IMG/VR virus record: IMGVR_UViG_3300021494_000060
Coordinates: 1-54,815 of that record
Direction: 5' to 3' (one strand)
Source: a virus
Lineage: Duplodnaviria > Caudoviricetes
Length of the DNA: 54,815 nt
Shown: positions 26,637 through 37,254 of the stretch, piece after piece
Position numbering within the stretch: the stretch's first letter is position 1
How the letters are laid out: each line of letters begins with the position of its first letter
Notes under the pieces: generated by a model
What the model was told of the DNA's origin: nothing
Databases searched by the model: none
The model's input: only the letters and a program-made list of their open reading frames with translations
Position numbers and translations under genes: made by a program

Positions 26637-27551
26637 ATGTCCGAAAATCAGCCAAGCATAAGCACATCGCAAGAAAATGTTCAGGTTATGGATACTGGTG
26701 AAGAATCTTTTTTTGTTGATTCTACGCCTCCTGTTAGTACGGAAGAATCGGGAACGGAACAGAAAACGGAACAAAAAACGGAGCAAAAAACGGAATCGGG
26801 AACAGAAGAAGAACCAGAAGAACCAGAAGAAACAGAAAATGAAACAGAAGAAGAACCAGAAAACGAACCATATTCTGACAAAGAAAAACAAAAACTTCCC
26901 AAAGGCGTAGAAAAACGGCTTGCAAAAATGCGGAAAAAACAGGGCGACGCCGAAAGACGTGCAGAAGCCGCAGAAATGGAGCTTGAAGCCCTGAAACGAA
27001 AGCAGGAGCTGGCTAAAAGCACGGAAATCGGCGAAAAACCAAAGGTTGACGATTTTGAAACCGAAGAAGAATACCTCGAAGCTCTGGCTGATTACAAAAT
27101 TAACAAAAAATACGCTGAGCTTGAAGCGAAAAAAGCAGAACAGCTTGAAGCAAAGGTGGCAAAAGAACGAAAAATTATTGAAAGGCGAAAACAGGAAAAA
27201 CTCCAGGAAAGCTTTGGCAAAGCAGCAAAAAAATATAAAGATTTTAATGAAACCGTAAAGGATGTTTTTATTTCCAATGCAATGGCCGAAGTTTTGGCTA
27301 TAATCCCCAATGCCGGAGACGTAGCATATTATCTTGGGAAAAATCCTGATATTACAGAAGATATAGCCTCAATGCCAACGGTGGAAACCGTGCTGGCAAT
27401 ACAGGAAATATCAAGTAAAGTAAAACCAAAAAAAACATCAAAAGCACCTGCACCGATAAATCCTATTAAAACACAGGGAGGAAATATAAAAACACCTGAA
27501 CACATGACAATGAAAGAATATATAGAGTTCAGGCGCAAGCAGGGAGCTTGA
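26637..27551 (+). CDS. Scaffolding protein
   Basis: E-rich coiled coil, PKVDDFET, VAYYLGKNP, SKAPAPINP, MTMKEY; between portal and coat. Confidence 0.85.
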   Translation: MSENQPSISTSQENVQVMDTGEESFFVDSTPPVSTEESGTEQKTEQKTEQKTESGTEEEPEEPEETENETEEEPENEPYSDKEKQKLPKGVEKRLAKMRKKQGDAERRAEAAEMELEALKRKQELAKSTEIGEKPKVDDFETEEEYLEALADYKINKKYAELEAKKAEQLEAKVAKERKIIERRKQEKLQESFGKAAKKYKDFNETVKDVFISNAMAEVLAIIPNAGDVAYYLGKNPDITEDIASMPTVETVLAIQEISSKVKPKKTSKAPAPINPIKTQGGNIKTPEHMTMKEYIEFRRKQGA

Positions 27552-27566
27552 AAGGAATAATAAAAA

Positions 27567-28760
27567 ATGTCATTTGCAACAAATACTTTAGTATCATCTT
27601 CAATAGTTACAAAAGAATCGCTGCTCCAGCTTGAAAATCAACTGGGCATGGCGAAAACAATTTATAGAGACTGGGAGAACAAGTTTGGAAAGGATGGTGA
27701 AACTCTTGGTATCCGGAAACCTAACGTTTTCAGGGCAACCAAAGCGAGAGTGCGGACAAACAGCGCCTTAACTGAAAGTACTGTTGCATTTACTGTGGCA
27801 ACACAGGCACATGTATCTTTTGAATGGTCAACAAAACAGATGACCGATACAATTGAAAGAATCAGTGAAAGATATATCCAGCCAGCTATGTCGGCTATTG
27901 CTAATGCCATTGATGTTGATCTGTATGCACTGTATAAATCAGTATATAACCAGGTCGGAACACCAGGCTCAGCACCAGATGGTTATGATGTTTTTGCCGA
28001 CGCAAGGAGACGGTTAAATGAAGAGGCGATTCCTTTAAAAAACCGGTTTGTTAACCTTAATCCCGAAGCAGAAGCAGAAGTTCTGAAAGGTTTAAAGGGA
28101 CTTTTCAACGAAAAGCTGATTAACAATATTATTGCTGATGGAGCACTCGGTTCTCTTGCCGGCCTTGATTTTTACATGGCACAAAATGTTCAGAATCATA
28201 CCACCGGCCTTTTCTCAACTTCAGCTACACCATTGGTGAATGGTGCATCGCAGACAGGTGCAACACTTGTTACAGATGGTTTTAACGCCTCATCTTCTAC
28301 GGTAAAAGAAGGTGATGTTTTTACCATCGCAGGAGTATATGCTGTAAACCCAAAAACAGGAGCGTCAACAGGTTCTCTCAGGCAATTTGTTGTTACGGCT
28401 GATACAACTTCATCAGGCGGCGCTATGACAATCCCGATTTCTCCGAGCATAATTACATCCGGTGCATTGCAGACGGTTACAGCATCACCGGCCGATAATG
28501 CAGCTCTTACTTTTGCAGGAACTGAGGATACTTCCTATCCGATTAATATTGCTTATCATAAGGACTGTTTCACGCTTGCATGCCGGCCTCTTGAAATTCC
28601 CCAGAGCGTAACATGGGGAGCAAGAGAGAGCTATAACGGATTATCTGTCCGGGCAATTAAAGATTACGATATTGATGAAGATAAAGAAGTCCTGAGATTT
28701 GATGTTCTTTATGGCGTGCTATGCCAGAATCCGTCTTTTGGCTGCCGAATCATAGGATAA
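27567..28760 (+). CDS. Major capsid protein, P22 gp5-like
   Basis: LLQLENQL, GDVFTIAGVYAVNP, YHKDCFTLA, RFDVLYG. Confidence 0.92.
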   Translation: MSFATNTLVSSSIVTKESLLQLENQLGMAKTIYRDWENKFGKDGETLGIRKPNVFRATKARVRTNSALTESTVAFTVATQAHVSFEWSTKQMTDTIERISERYIQPAMSAIANAIDVDLYALYKSVYNQVGTPGSAPDGYDVFADARRRLNEEAIPLKNRFVNLNPEAEAEVLKGLKGLFNEKLINNIIADGALGSLAGLDFYMAQNVQNHTTGLFSTSATPLVNGASQTGATLVTDGFNASSSTVKEGDVFTIAGVYAVNPKTGASTGSLRQFVVTADTTSSGGAMTIPISPSIITSGALQTVTASPADNAALTFAGTEDTSYPINIAYHKDCFTLACRPLEIPQSVTWGARESYNGLSVRAIKDYDIDEDKEVLRFDVLYGVLCQNPSFGCRIIG

Positions 28761-28790
28761 TATAATAGGGGCAATACCGCCCCTATTATA
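28761..28790 (+). terminator. Hairpin after the capsid gene, related to the dispersed element
   Basis: TATAATAGGGGC-AATACC-GCCCCTATTATA 12-bp stem. Confidence 0.55.
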
Positions 28791-28826
28791 AATTTTGAAC
28801 ACCACTATAAGGAGTAAATATAACAA

Positions 28827-29249
28827 ATGGAAAATTTTCCAATATATATGTATCACAAAGCATACGATGAACCACGCAGGGCAGATAACAATTCTGAAAA
28901 GGTTGATCTTGAAAATCAGGGCTGGACGTCTGCTTATATTCACAAATCCTATCCAAAATGGGTAAACGGAGTAATTGTAAGAAATAAAAAAGAGCATGAT
29001 CTGCTTTTAGGGAAAGAAGAAGAAAAAGAAGAAAAAATTGTTAAAGTAGCTGCCGAAAAAGTAGCCGTGAAAGATGATGGTACAACCGAATCTTTATCAA
29101 ACTATCATTTTAAGGTTTTTAAAAAAGAATCAGGACAGCGGATAGAAAATATGCAATATAAAACTAAACAGGAAGCTTTAACTGCAATTAAAACTCTTAC
29201 CGATAGGACAGGCGAAAAAAAAGGCACGTATGGAATTGTTGAGGAGTAA
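28827..29249 (+). CDS. Hypothetical head-associated protein
   Basis: AAGGAG RBS; FPIYMYH and YPKW motifs. Confidence 0.6.
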   Translation: MENFPIYMYHKAYDEPRRADNNSEKVDLENQGWTSAYIHKSYPKWVNGVIVRNKKEHDLLLGKEEEKEEKIVKVAAEKVAVKDDGTTESLSNYHFKVFKKESGQRIENMQYKTKQEALTAIKTLTDRTGEKKGTYGIVEE

Positions 29250-29251
29250 TT

Positions 29252-29947
29252 ATGACTGCTCAGGAATACATAGAAGCTGCACTTGAAGAAATCGGCGCTG
29301 TTATGGTTGGTGAAGCACCTGATTCGGCTACATTGGCATGGGGTTTAAGAAAACTGAACACCATGCTGAAAACAATGTCTGCTGATGGAATCAATATATA
29401 CAGGCGAACCCATGAGAATTTCCCGGTAGTTGCCGGTACTGCAAGTTATACAATTGGATCTGGCGGTGATTTTGATACTGACAGGCCGATTCTGATTGAA
29501 ACAGCATTTACACAGGATTCTGATGAAAATACGGAAGTTTTCATCAGGCCAATACATGAATATTGGTTACTGAATAACCGTGCCACGCGTGGAAGCGTGA
29601 ATAATCTTTATTATGATACTGATTTCCCACTTGGCGTTATTTATCTTTATCATTCTCCAGACAAAACTTATGATCTTCATATTGTAAGTCAAAAACCGCT
29701 TGCCAATCCTGCACTTTTATCAACTCCGCTTACATTTCCTGATGCCTATGAAGAAGTTCTAATTACGAAACTTGCAATCAGACTTGCACCAAGATACGGC
29801 ATTACGGTTAGTTCTGAACTTATTGCAGCATCAAAAGAAGCTTACTCAAATTTAAAGGCACTGAATCTGTCCAGAACGTTAAAAAGCAAAAACCTGCAGA
29901 TTAATGGAATGAATTTATCTTATAACATAAACAGTGATACATTATAA
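29252..29947 (+). CDS. Head-tail adaptor (P22 gp4 / tail tubular protein A-like)
   Basis: TAQEYIEAALEEIG...GE...LN.ML; FPDAYEE...LAIRLAPRYG. Confidence 0.8.
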   Translation: MTAQEYIEAALEEIGAVMVGEAPDSATLAWGLRKLNTMLKTMSADGINIYRRTHENFPVVAGTASYTIGSGGDFDTDRPILIETAFTQDSDENTEVFIRPIHEYWLLNNRATRGSVNNLYYDTDFPLGVIYLYHSPDKTYDLHIVSQKPLANPALLSTPLTFPDAYEEVLITKLAIRLAPRYGITVSSELIAASKEAYSNLKALNLSRTLKSKNLQINGMNLSYNINSDTL

Positions 29948-29949
29948 AA

Positions 29950-30321
29950 GTGAGCAACATGATTACAGAAGAAGAAAAACAGGAAATTATTGATAAGGCT
30001 GTTGAAAAAGCATTGCTTGTTTTGCCGGAAACAGTTGGTACTATGATGATGGAGCAGGCTGCCTTAAATAAAATCAATGCAAAGTTTTATTCTGATTATC
30101 CTGAATTTGCAAAAAGAAAGGATATTGTCGCAAGTGTTATTGAGAAAATTGATAGCGAAAATCCGGGTGCTGATTATAAAGATATTTTAAAAAAAGCTGT
30201 GCCTGAAATAAGAAAACAGCTTGATATTGTTAACAATCTTGATACCAGTACCATGCCGCAGATAGCAGGCATTGACAGAGCTTTTAATAATAATCAGAAT
30301 TTTGGCAACGGAATAATCTAA
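29950..30321 (+). CDS. Hypothetical protein
   Basis: ORF in the late operon. Confidence 0.6.
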   Translation: MSNMITEEEKQEIIDKAVEKALLVLPETVGTMMMEQAALNKINAKFYSDYPEFAKRKDIVASVIEKIDSENPGADYKDILKKAVPEIRKQLDIVNNLDTSTMPQIAGIDRAFNNNQNFGNGII

Positions 30322-30323
30322 CC

Positions 30324-30794
30324 ATGATGCAAACCATAGCTGTTATAGATTCACCGAAACTTTCAAGAGGCTTGCGTCCATCAAAACGAATGCCGCGCAA
30401 CAGCGGGTTTCTTGTCAAAAGCCAGGGCGCAGTCGGCAAAGACGGAGTTTTGCAGGTTATTGATAATCTAACAGCCATTGATACATCCGTTATAACAGAT
30501 GGTTTTCCATATCCGCAAATGTTCATATTTTCAAACATGATTCTTGTTTGCGGTAAAAATAAAATATACGAATATGTATATGGCGTTCTTGAATTAAAAT
30601 TAACTGTTATACCTGGAACATCATGGTGTGCTGTTGATTTTTTTGATTATATCTACATGAGTAATGGAAAAGTCGCTGTAATTAGAGATGGAAAAACAAA
30701 AACATGGTCAATGACGTTTCACCTGCCGATTGCTTCTGCAATGTGTAATTATAACGGACAGGTTGTTATCGGTGCACCGGGAGTTGAAATATAG
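30324..30794 (+). CDS. Tail protein, resembles the N-terminal part of a gp10 / tubular protein B propeller
   Basis: Beta-rich blades; position after the adaptor gene. Confidence 0.45.
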   Translation: MMQTIAVIDSPKLSRGLRPSKRMPRNSGFLVKSQGAVGKDGVLQVIDNLTAIDTSVITDGFPYPQMFIFSNMILVCGKNKIYEYVYGVLELKLTVIPGTSWCAVDFFDYIYMSNGKVAVIRDGKTKTWSMTFHLPIASAMCNYNGQVVIGAPGVEI

Positions 30795-30796
30795 TC

Positions 30797-32140
30797 ATGG
30801 CAAATACAAATAACTGGCCTTTTGAGAAGCCTTCATCATCATATAACTGGGATACAGCAAAACAATATGCTGGCACATGGGCATTTGAAAAACAGGAAAT
30901 CAAATTGGGATACATTAACAACCCATACTGGCGGGAAAACCCTGAATTTTCAGATGTTCATAACCCTTGCGGATACTGGCATAAGGGAGATCCTGATGAT
31001 ACTCCTTATGTTCCACCGCCGCTTCCTCCTATTCCGAAAGCCAAAATTTATTCAGCAGGAATAGCAGACTATCAATGCCTTATAAGAAATCCTGATATTG
31101 ATCAATTGTTTTTCAGGCAAATAGACGATACGAATATTTTCTTTGCAGTGTCTGAAATCGCTCCAGTGCCACAGACAAGTGCTTCCGGAACAAGTCTCCA
31201 TATAAAGGAAGATCATACTTTATGGGCTATTGGCTTTGATTCAGAAGGCGCGCTTGGTTCGGGCGGTATCCATGATTTACCTACATTAACACGGATTGGT
31301 TCTGATAATGACTGGGCTGATGTTAAAACAACATATTCAAGTAATCATTCCATTGCTTTAAAAATGGACGGAACTATATGGACAACTGGAAGGAATAATT
31401 ATGGTCAATTAGGTTTAGGCGATACAGAAACAAGGTATAGTTTTACAAAAGTTGGGCATGCTTCCGACTGGGTTTATATCGAAGCAGGCACTTTTTGTTG
31501 TTTCGCTATTAACAGGGATGGTCTTTTATATTCATGGGGCTATGGATATCACGGTCAACTTGGGCATGGCGATTCTGAAAATTATTCAAAACCAAAATTA
31601 GTCGAAGGTTTAGATCAATGGGAACAGATTAGCTCTAACTATTATACTACTATTGGACTCAGAAATAACGGACAGCTTTATTCAACAGGCTCAAACGTTT
31701 ATGGACAATTATGCTTGGATATTCCAAATCCGCAGTACCATGATAACATAACAACGTTTACACCACGCACAGCAGGGGATACATGGAAAGCCGTTGCAAA
31801 CGGATATAAATATACAATATTAATCAAACAGGACGATTCTTTATGGGGGGTAGGTCATAATACTCGTGGTCAATTAGGTTTGGGCGATACAAATACACGT
31901 TATTATGTTACTGAAATTAATAGCGGTAATTGGTCAGAAATAGCAGCAGGAGATTTTCATACTTTATGTATAGATGAAAATGGTAATTTATATGCCACAG
32001 GACGTGGGCTTTATGGTGTTTTAGGTTTAGGTGATACAGATGACAGGCATGTTTTAACTAAGGTTGAAGGTACGGGCTGGAATTATGTTGATGCTGGCTT
32101 AACCTATAGCTTTGCAGGTAAAAAGGTTTTAGAGCCATGA
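30797..32140 (+). CDS. RCC1/BLIP-II repeat beta-propeller protein, paralogue 1
   Basis: Repeated G.N.YGQLGLGD motifs after a proline linker. Confidence 0.9.
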   Translation: MANTNNWPFEKPSSSYNWDTAKQYAGTWAFEKQEIKLGYINNPYWRENPEFSDVHNPCGYWHKGDPDDTPYVPPPLPPIPKAKIYSAGIADYQCLIRNPDIDQLFFRQIDDTNIFFAVSEIAPVPQTSASGTSLHIKEDHTLWAIGFDSEGALGSGGIHDLPTLTRIGSDNDWADVKTTYSSNHSIALKMDGTIWTTGRNNYGQLGLGDTETRYSFTKVGHASDWVYIEAGTFCCFAINRDGLLYSWGYGYHGQLGHGDSENYSKPKLVEGLDQWEQISSNYYTTIGLRNNGQLYSTGSNVYGQLCLDIPNPQYHDNITTFTPRTAGDTWKAVANGYKYTILIKQDDSLWGVGHNTRGQLGLGDTNTRYYVTEINSGNWSEIAAGDFHTLCIDENGNLYATGRGLYGVLGLGDTDDRHVLTKVEGTGWNYVDAGLTYSFAGKKVLEP

Positions 32141-33567
32141 ATAACTGGCCTTTTAAAAAAAAATCATCATCATATAGCTGGGATACGATTAAACAAAATA
32201 CTGATCCGTGGGCGTTTAAAAAACCTCCGTCATTACATAACTGGGATACGGCAAAACAATGTACTGATCCGTGGGCGTTTAAAAAAGTACCATCATCATA
32301 TAGCTGGGATACGATTAAACAAAATACTGACCCGTGGTTCTTTGAAAAACAGGGAATTAAGTTAGGATATATAAACAATCCATATTGGCAGGAATCGGCT
32401 GAATTTTCGGATGTTCATAATCCTTGCGGGTACTGGCATAAAGGCGATCCAGGCTATACTCCTTATGTGCCGCCTCCGCCACCAAAAAGCAATATTTACT
32501 CAGCAGGACATGAATACTATCAATCTCTTATAAGAGATCCTGAAATTTGTCATTATGCTTTCAGGCAAATCGACGATACGGGCGGTTTTCTTGTATCTGC
32601 AATCGGTGCTCCGGTTTCGTATGGGGGGAAAAGTCTCCATATAAAAGAAGATCATACTTTATGGGGCATCGGTTATAACGGGGATGGTTCTCTCGGAACA
32701 GGCGCGCCTGACACTTTGACTGCATTAACACAGATTGGTTTAGGTAATGACTGGGCTGATGTTAAAATGTCGTACTTGGGTGATCATTCCATTGCTTTAA
32801 AAATGGACGGAACTATATGGACAACTGGAACAAACGATGCAGGGCAATTAGGGCACGGCGATACAGAAAAGAGATATAGTTTTACAAAAGTCGGAACGGA
32901 TTCAAACTGGGTTTATATCGAGGCAGGGCAAAAATGCTGCTTTGCTATTAATGAAGATGGTCTCATGTATTCATGGGGCGATGGCATTAATGGTCAACTT
33001 GGGCATGGATATCTTACAACTTATTATGAGCCAAAATTGGTTGAGGGTTTAGGGCAATGGGAACAGATTAGCTCCAATAATTATTCCTCTGTTGGCCTTA
33101 GAAATAACGGACAGCTTTATTCAACAGGTTCAAATAATTGCGGTCAATTATGCTTGGATATCCCTGCCCCATGGGGGAGTAATATATTAACATTTACACA
33201 ACGTACAGCAGAAGATGCATGGAAATCTGTTAAAGTTGGATACCAATATACAATATTGATCAAAGAGGATAATTCTTTGTGGAGCGTAGGCTATAACAAT
33301 CACGGCCAGTTAGGTTTGGGCGATACAGATATGCACATATATGTTACCGAGGTAAATGATGGTAGCTGGTTAAAAATAACAGCAGGGCATTCTCATGTTT
33401 TATGTATAGATAAATATAACAATTTATATGCTACCGGTCGTAATGATTGCGGCCAGTTAGGTTTAGGTGATACAGATGACAGGCATGTTTTAACTAAGGT
33501 TGAAGGCACGAACTGGAATCTTGTTGCAGGCAGTATACATTTTAGTTTTGCAGGCAAAATAGCATAA
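32137..33567 (+). CDS. RCC1/BLIP-II repeat beta-propeller protein, paralogue 2
   Basis: Colinear with paralogue 1; N-terminal 21-aa unit present three times. Confidence 0.9.
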   Translation: MNNWPFKKKSSSYSWDTIKQNTDPWAFKKPPSLHNWDTAKQCTDPWAFKKVPSSYSWDTIKQNTDPWFFEKQGIKLGYINNPYWQESAEFSDVHNPCGYWHKGDPGYTPYVPPPPPKSNIYSAGHEYYQSLIRDPEICHYAFRQIDDTGGFLVSAIGAPVSYGGKSLHIKEDHTLWGIGYNGDGSLGTGAPDTLTALTQIGLGNDWADVKMSYLGDHSIALKMDGTIWTTGTNDAGQLGHGDTEKRYSFTKVGTDSNWVYIEAGQKCCFAINEDGLMYSWGDGINGQLGHGYLTTYYEPKLVEGLGQWEQISSNNYSSVGLRNNGQLYSTGSNNCGQLCLDIPAPWGSNILTFTQRTAEDAWKSVKVGYQYTILIKEDNSLWSVGYNNHGQLGLGDTDMHIYVTEVNDGSWLKITAGHSHVLCIDKYNNLYATGRNDCGQLGLGDTDDRHVLTKVEGTNWNLVAGSIHFSFAGKIA

Positions 33568-33594
33568 AAAATAGCATAAAAAGGTGTAAAAATC

Positions 33595-34050
33595 ATGGCA
33601 AATCAAGTACCAAACAGTTTTAAATCAATGCTTTACAAAGGACAGATATCTGCATTAACCGATACTTTCAAGATTATTTTAATGCAGACTGGCTTTGTAT
33701 TTGATAAAGATAATCATCATTGCTACGCTGATATTTCAGCAGATGAACTGGCAACAGGAAACGGTTATACTGCCGGTGGGATAATATTAAACAATGCCGC
33801 TGTAACAACAAATAATACGGATGATAGAAGTGAACTTACTTTTGACAATGCTCAATGGAATGCATCAGGAGGCAGTCTTGTTACATCGGGGGCTATCATT
33901 TATAATGATTCTACGGACACTTCCAGCGGTGATGATTATACGGATGCTATCGTATCATATAAAGATGCAGGCGGTGATATTACGGCCACAGATGGTACGC
34001 CGATTATTATCAGTTCAATTAAAGAAATAATTGGAGAATGCAGTAATTAA
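33595..34050 (+). CDS. Virion structural protein
   Basis: TDTFKIILM...GNGYTAGG...GAIIYN pattern common in phage tail modules. Confidence 0.65.
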   Translation: MANQVPNSFKSMLYKGQISALTDTFKIILMQTGFVFDKDNHHCYADISADELATGNGYTAGGIILNNAAVTTNNTDDRSELTFDNAQWNASGGSLVTSGAIIYNDSTDTSSGDDYTDAIVSYKDAGGDITATDGTPIIISSIKEIIGECSN

Positions 34051-34076
34051 GGAGAAAAAAATAAGGAGTTAAAAAT

Positions 34077-34511
34077 ATGATTGTTTCATTAGGTGTTCGT
34101 ACTACAGGCGCATCTTCAGGTACTCCTGCATGGGAAATTCGTACAGGTTCAACTCCAGGCAGGGCAAAATTGCTTGAAATAGGAGTTTTTCTTGCAGCGG
34201 CAACAGCTTCAACCATAGGCTTTGGAAGACCGGCTGCAATCGGTGTAACTCCAACATCACCTGTTGATTTCTTACAGGAAGATCCAAACGATGTTCTTGC
34301 ATCCGGTGTTATCCAGTCTGCCCTTGCATGGGGAACACCGCCTACTGCACCGGCCAATTTTCTTAGAAGAATAAGCCTGCCGGGAACAATAGGCACTGGA
34401 GTTATCTGGACATTTCCCAAAGGTCTTGTTATTCCTGTTTCAAACAGTGTTGTTTTATGGAATCTTGCAGCAAATGCAGTTGTTGATGCTTATGCAGTCA
34501 TGGAAATATAA
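34077..34511 (+). CDS. Putative virion structural protein
   Basis: AAGGAG RBS; A/G/T-rich beta protein. Confidence 0.6.
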   Translation: MIVSLGVRTTGASSGTPAWEIRTGSTPGRAKLLEIGVFLAAATASTIGFGRPAAIGVTPTSPVDFLQEDPNDVLASGVIQSALAWGTPPTAPANFLRRISLPGTIGTGVIWTFPKGLVIPVSNSVVLWNLAANAVVDAYAVMEI

Positions 34512-34513
34512 TA

Positions 34514-35785
34514 ATGGCTTATTGGCGGACAAATAATACAATTCATGGCAGACAGGGGAATATCCAGCTTGATCAGTATTCCAATGCTGTTTCATCCAAG
34601 CCTGCATTTACCATTCCCGAAAGTTCCCATGAGTTAAAGTACCCTGATTGTCTTTTTGTTACTGAACCTTCAAATCTTCGCATCCTGTCAAAAGGCGTTG
34701 TAAGTGCTTTTCCGGGATTTCCAGCCTATACAAATGATGCGATTTTTATTGAATGGTATGAAACAACAGTAACAGAACAAGGACTTGTTGTTCCAAAATA
34801 CAGCCTTGAAATATGTTCTAAAGGAGGTTTTTTAGGCAACATATCGGGGGATGCTTCCGATTCTGGTGCGCTTTATATATCATCAGAAGCAGATTTTGTA
34901 GAAGCAAAACTGATAGAAAGCGGTACTGCTGAACTGTCAATTACAAGCTCTGCATTTATTTTCAGTGAAGCGGCAAGGAATAATTGGCTATACTGGTCTG
35001 ATATAGGCAATCTTGATTTTACGATAGGCAAAGATAATATTGCGGGCGCGCGGCCTCTTGAATTGCGTGGCCTGACATACAGCCTCAAAAAACTTGGAGC
35101 AAAAATTGTTGCTTACGGAGAAAGCGGGATATCTTTTGTTCATCCTGTTGGGAAAGCATATGCACTGAATACTGTTTACAGAACAGGTATAAAAGGCCGG
35201 AACGCTGTTGCTGGTGATGAATCTATTCATTTTTTTCTTGATGTAAACGGATGCTTGTTCCAATTAACGGATGGGATTAAAAAACTTGATTTTTCAGAAT
35301 ATTTATCAGTTTTAAGCAGCAATACTGTTTTAAGCTATGATGCTGAAAACGGACTGCTTTATCTATGCGATGGCACTCACGGTTTTATATATTCCTTAAA
35401 CAGCGGAAGTCTCGGTGAATGTTCGCCTGAAATTACGGGAATAGGTTCTCAATCTGGTAATCTTTATGTTACTGCCAGCAGTTTTATTGAAACGCCCTCT
35501 TTTGAGATATGCACCGATATTTATGATTTTGGAACACTGAGCTATAAAACCATTTATGCATTAGAAATTGGTGCTAATGTACAGGGCGCTTTTGAAGCGT
35601 CTATTGATTTTCGTTCTGAGCCGACTGTTTCTTTTTCCCAGACCAACTGGTATCCAATAGCGCATAAAGGCAATGTTTTCATAACTGCAATCGGCAGAGA
35701 GTTCAGATTTAGGCTCAGATCAACTCCTTATGAGTATTTTGAAATTGATTATATTAAAGTAAATGGAACTATTCATAGACATTAA
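34514..35785 (+). CDS. Tail protein, C-terminal part resembles gp10 / tubular protein B
   Basis: LYWSDIG blades and terminal GREFRFRL...IDYI pattern. Confidence 0.5.
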   Translation: MAYWRTNNTIHGRQGNIQLDQYSNAVSSKPAFTIPESSHELKYPDCLFVTEPSNLRILSKGVVSAFPGFPAYTNDAIFIEWYETTVTEQGLVVPKYSLEICSKGGFLGNISGDASDSGALYISSEADFVEAKLIESGTAELSITSSAFIFSEAARNNWLYWSDIGNLDFTIGKDNIAGARPLELRGLTYSLKKLGAKIVAYGESGISFVHPVGKAYALNTVYRTGIKGRNAVAGDESIHFFLDVNGCLFQLTDGIKKLDFSEYLSVLSSNTVLSYDAENGLLYLCDGTHGFIYSLNSGSLGECSPEITGIGSQSGNLYVTASSFIETPSFEICTDIYDFGTLSYKTIYALEIGANVQGAFEASIDFRSEPTVSFSQTNWYPIAHKGNVFITAIGREFRFRLRSTPYEYFEIDYIKVNGTIHRH

Positions 35786-35806
35786 AAACATTAAAAAGAT
35801 ATTTTT

Positions 35807-36250
35807 ATGATACGGCTTTTACCAAACCAGATAGCGATTCCAAAAATATGGGATATCATTAAATTTGTTAGTACGGAAACAAATGAAATCCAGAAAAAAG
35901 ATATCCAAAGATATTATAATGATTTGTTAAAAAAATTTCTAAACAATAAAATGCAATGTTTTGTTCGTTTGTCTGAGCAAAGAAAAATAAAAACAATCAT
36001 TTTAACGGAAATGCAGGCAGATAATATAAGGCAAATAAAGCTTTTATCTGTCAAATGTATATATACATTTGAAGTAATGACGGATAATAACCGGCATGAT
36101 ATATTTAAATCAATACATGAATTTGCTAAGAAAACCGGTTGCAGTATAATTTCGTTGGCTGCGGGCAATAAACAAATGTGTGATTTTGCAAAAAAATGCA
36201 ATTTCCGGGAAACAAAAAGAATATTTGAAGTGAAAACAGGAATATCATAA
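35807..36250 (+). CDS. GNAT-fold-like protein of podoviral tail modules
   Basis: EFAKKTGCSII...KKCNF pattern; position before the ejection genes. Confidence 0.45.
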   Translation: MIRLLPNQIAIPKIWDIIKFVSTETNEIQKKDIQRYYNDLLKKFLNNKMQCFVRLSEQRKIKTIILTEMQADNIRQIKLLSVKCIYTFEVMTDNNRHDIFKSIHEFAKKTGCSIISLAAGNKQMCDFAKKCNFRETKRIFEVKTGIS

Positions 36251-37242
36251 TGGCAAAAAAAGTAATAAAATATTCGCCATATTTAGAGCTTTTTCATCTC
36301 AATTTTATTCTCAACATGATTGCACGGGTAAAGGCAACTGTTGATGATTCTCCTTTTACTGATTATGATACATTAATTGCTGAAGATGCCTTTTTTGGTT
36401 CGGGATTTACAATCCAGAATTTTCCGGCATTATATGATATTTATGGAAAATTTCTTGCCGGCCTTGACATAGATACACTCCATTCACAATTAATTGAAAG
36501 TTCTGTTAATGCCCCTTATGTGCGTTTTGCCGCTGCTGCTGAATCTTTTTTACTGTCAACAGATATTTCAACTAATGTTTCTCCAAGATTAAATACCGGC
36601 AGCGATAATATCCTGTCTGCTCTTTCCGGCTATTTCCAGGAAGCGGAAAATATTGTTAATAATGTAAAAATTCTCTGCATTAACAAGTTTAAAAAACAGA
36701 TGAAATACAGTATGCTTCCTGTAGCTAATTCAAGGTGGGCAATACATTTAAGCTGGAACAAAGGAGTTGTTGATTATTATTCTTCGCTTATGGAATTATT
36801 TTTTGCTGTAAAAATAGATGCTGAAGATCGTAATTTAAGCATGGCTGCAAAAAATGCTCTTTGGCCTTTTACTGTTCTTGATTATGAAAAAGCAGGACTC
36901 GGGGCACTACAAGGGGCAAGAACAACAATAGCGAAAGAAGGCGCTGCCGGTTCATCATCTGCCGCAAAAGTTATCAGCGGTGTTGCCGCTTTTGCCGGTG
37001 CTGCCGCAGAAATTAAAGGTTTTTTATCACCTCCTTCAAGTGCAACAAAAACGGTAGGGATTGAAATAGGCATGGCTGATTATTCAGCTGCAATTGGTAT
37101 GGATGTTGCATTAAACATGCCTGCCGGTGCTGGCGGAACAGGAACAACAGCAATGACTGCTTCACAGACAGGAGCATCAGGAGCAGGAATAGGTTCAATG
37201 CTTAGTTCATTAGCTGGCTTTGCATCAAACTTTTTTAAATAA
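36250..37242 (+). CDS. Putative ejection (internal virion) protein, paralogue A
   Basis: G/A/S-rich hydrophobic C-terminus; YSPY...DSPF...LWPFTVLD...ALQG shared with the next gene. Confidence 0.6.
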   Translation: MAKKVIKYSPYLELFHLNFILNMIARVKATVDDSPFTDYDTLIAEDAFFGSGFTIQNFPALYDIYGKFLAGLDIDTLHSQLIESSVNAPYVRFAAAAESFLLSTDISTNVSPRLNTGSDNILSALSGYFQEAENIVNNVKILCINKFKKQMKYSMLPVANSRWAIHLSWNKGVVDYYSSLMELFFAVKIDAEDRNLSMAAKNALWPFTVLDYEKAGLGALQGARTTIAKEGAAGSSSAAKVISGVAAFAGAAAEIKGFLSPPSSATKTVGIEIGMADYSAAIGMDVALNMPAGAGGTGTTAMTASQTGASGAGIGSMLSSLAGFASNFFK

Positions 37243-37254
37243 GAAAAATATATA

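Noticed and set aside
30797-33567. Diversity-generating retroelement acting on the RCC1 genes
   Set aside because: No reverse transcriptase in the genome; both copies are full coding paralogues and the differences are not confined to adenines.
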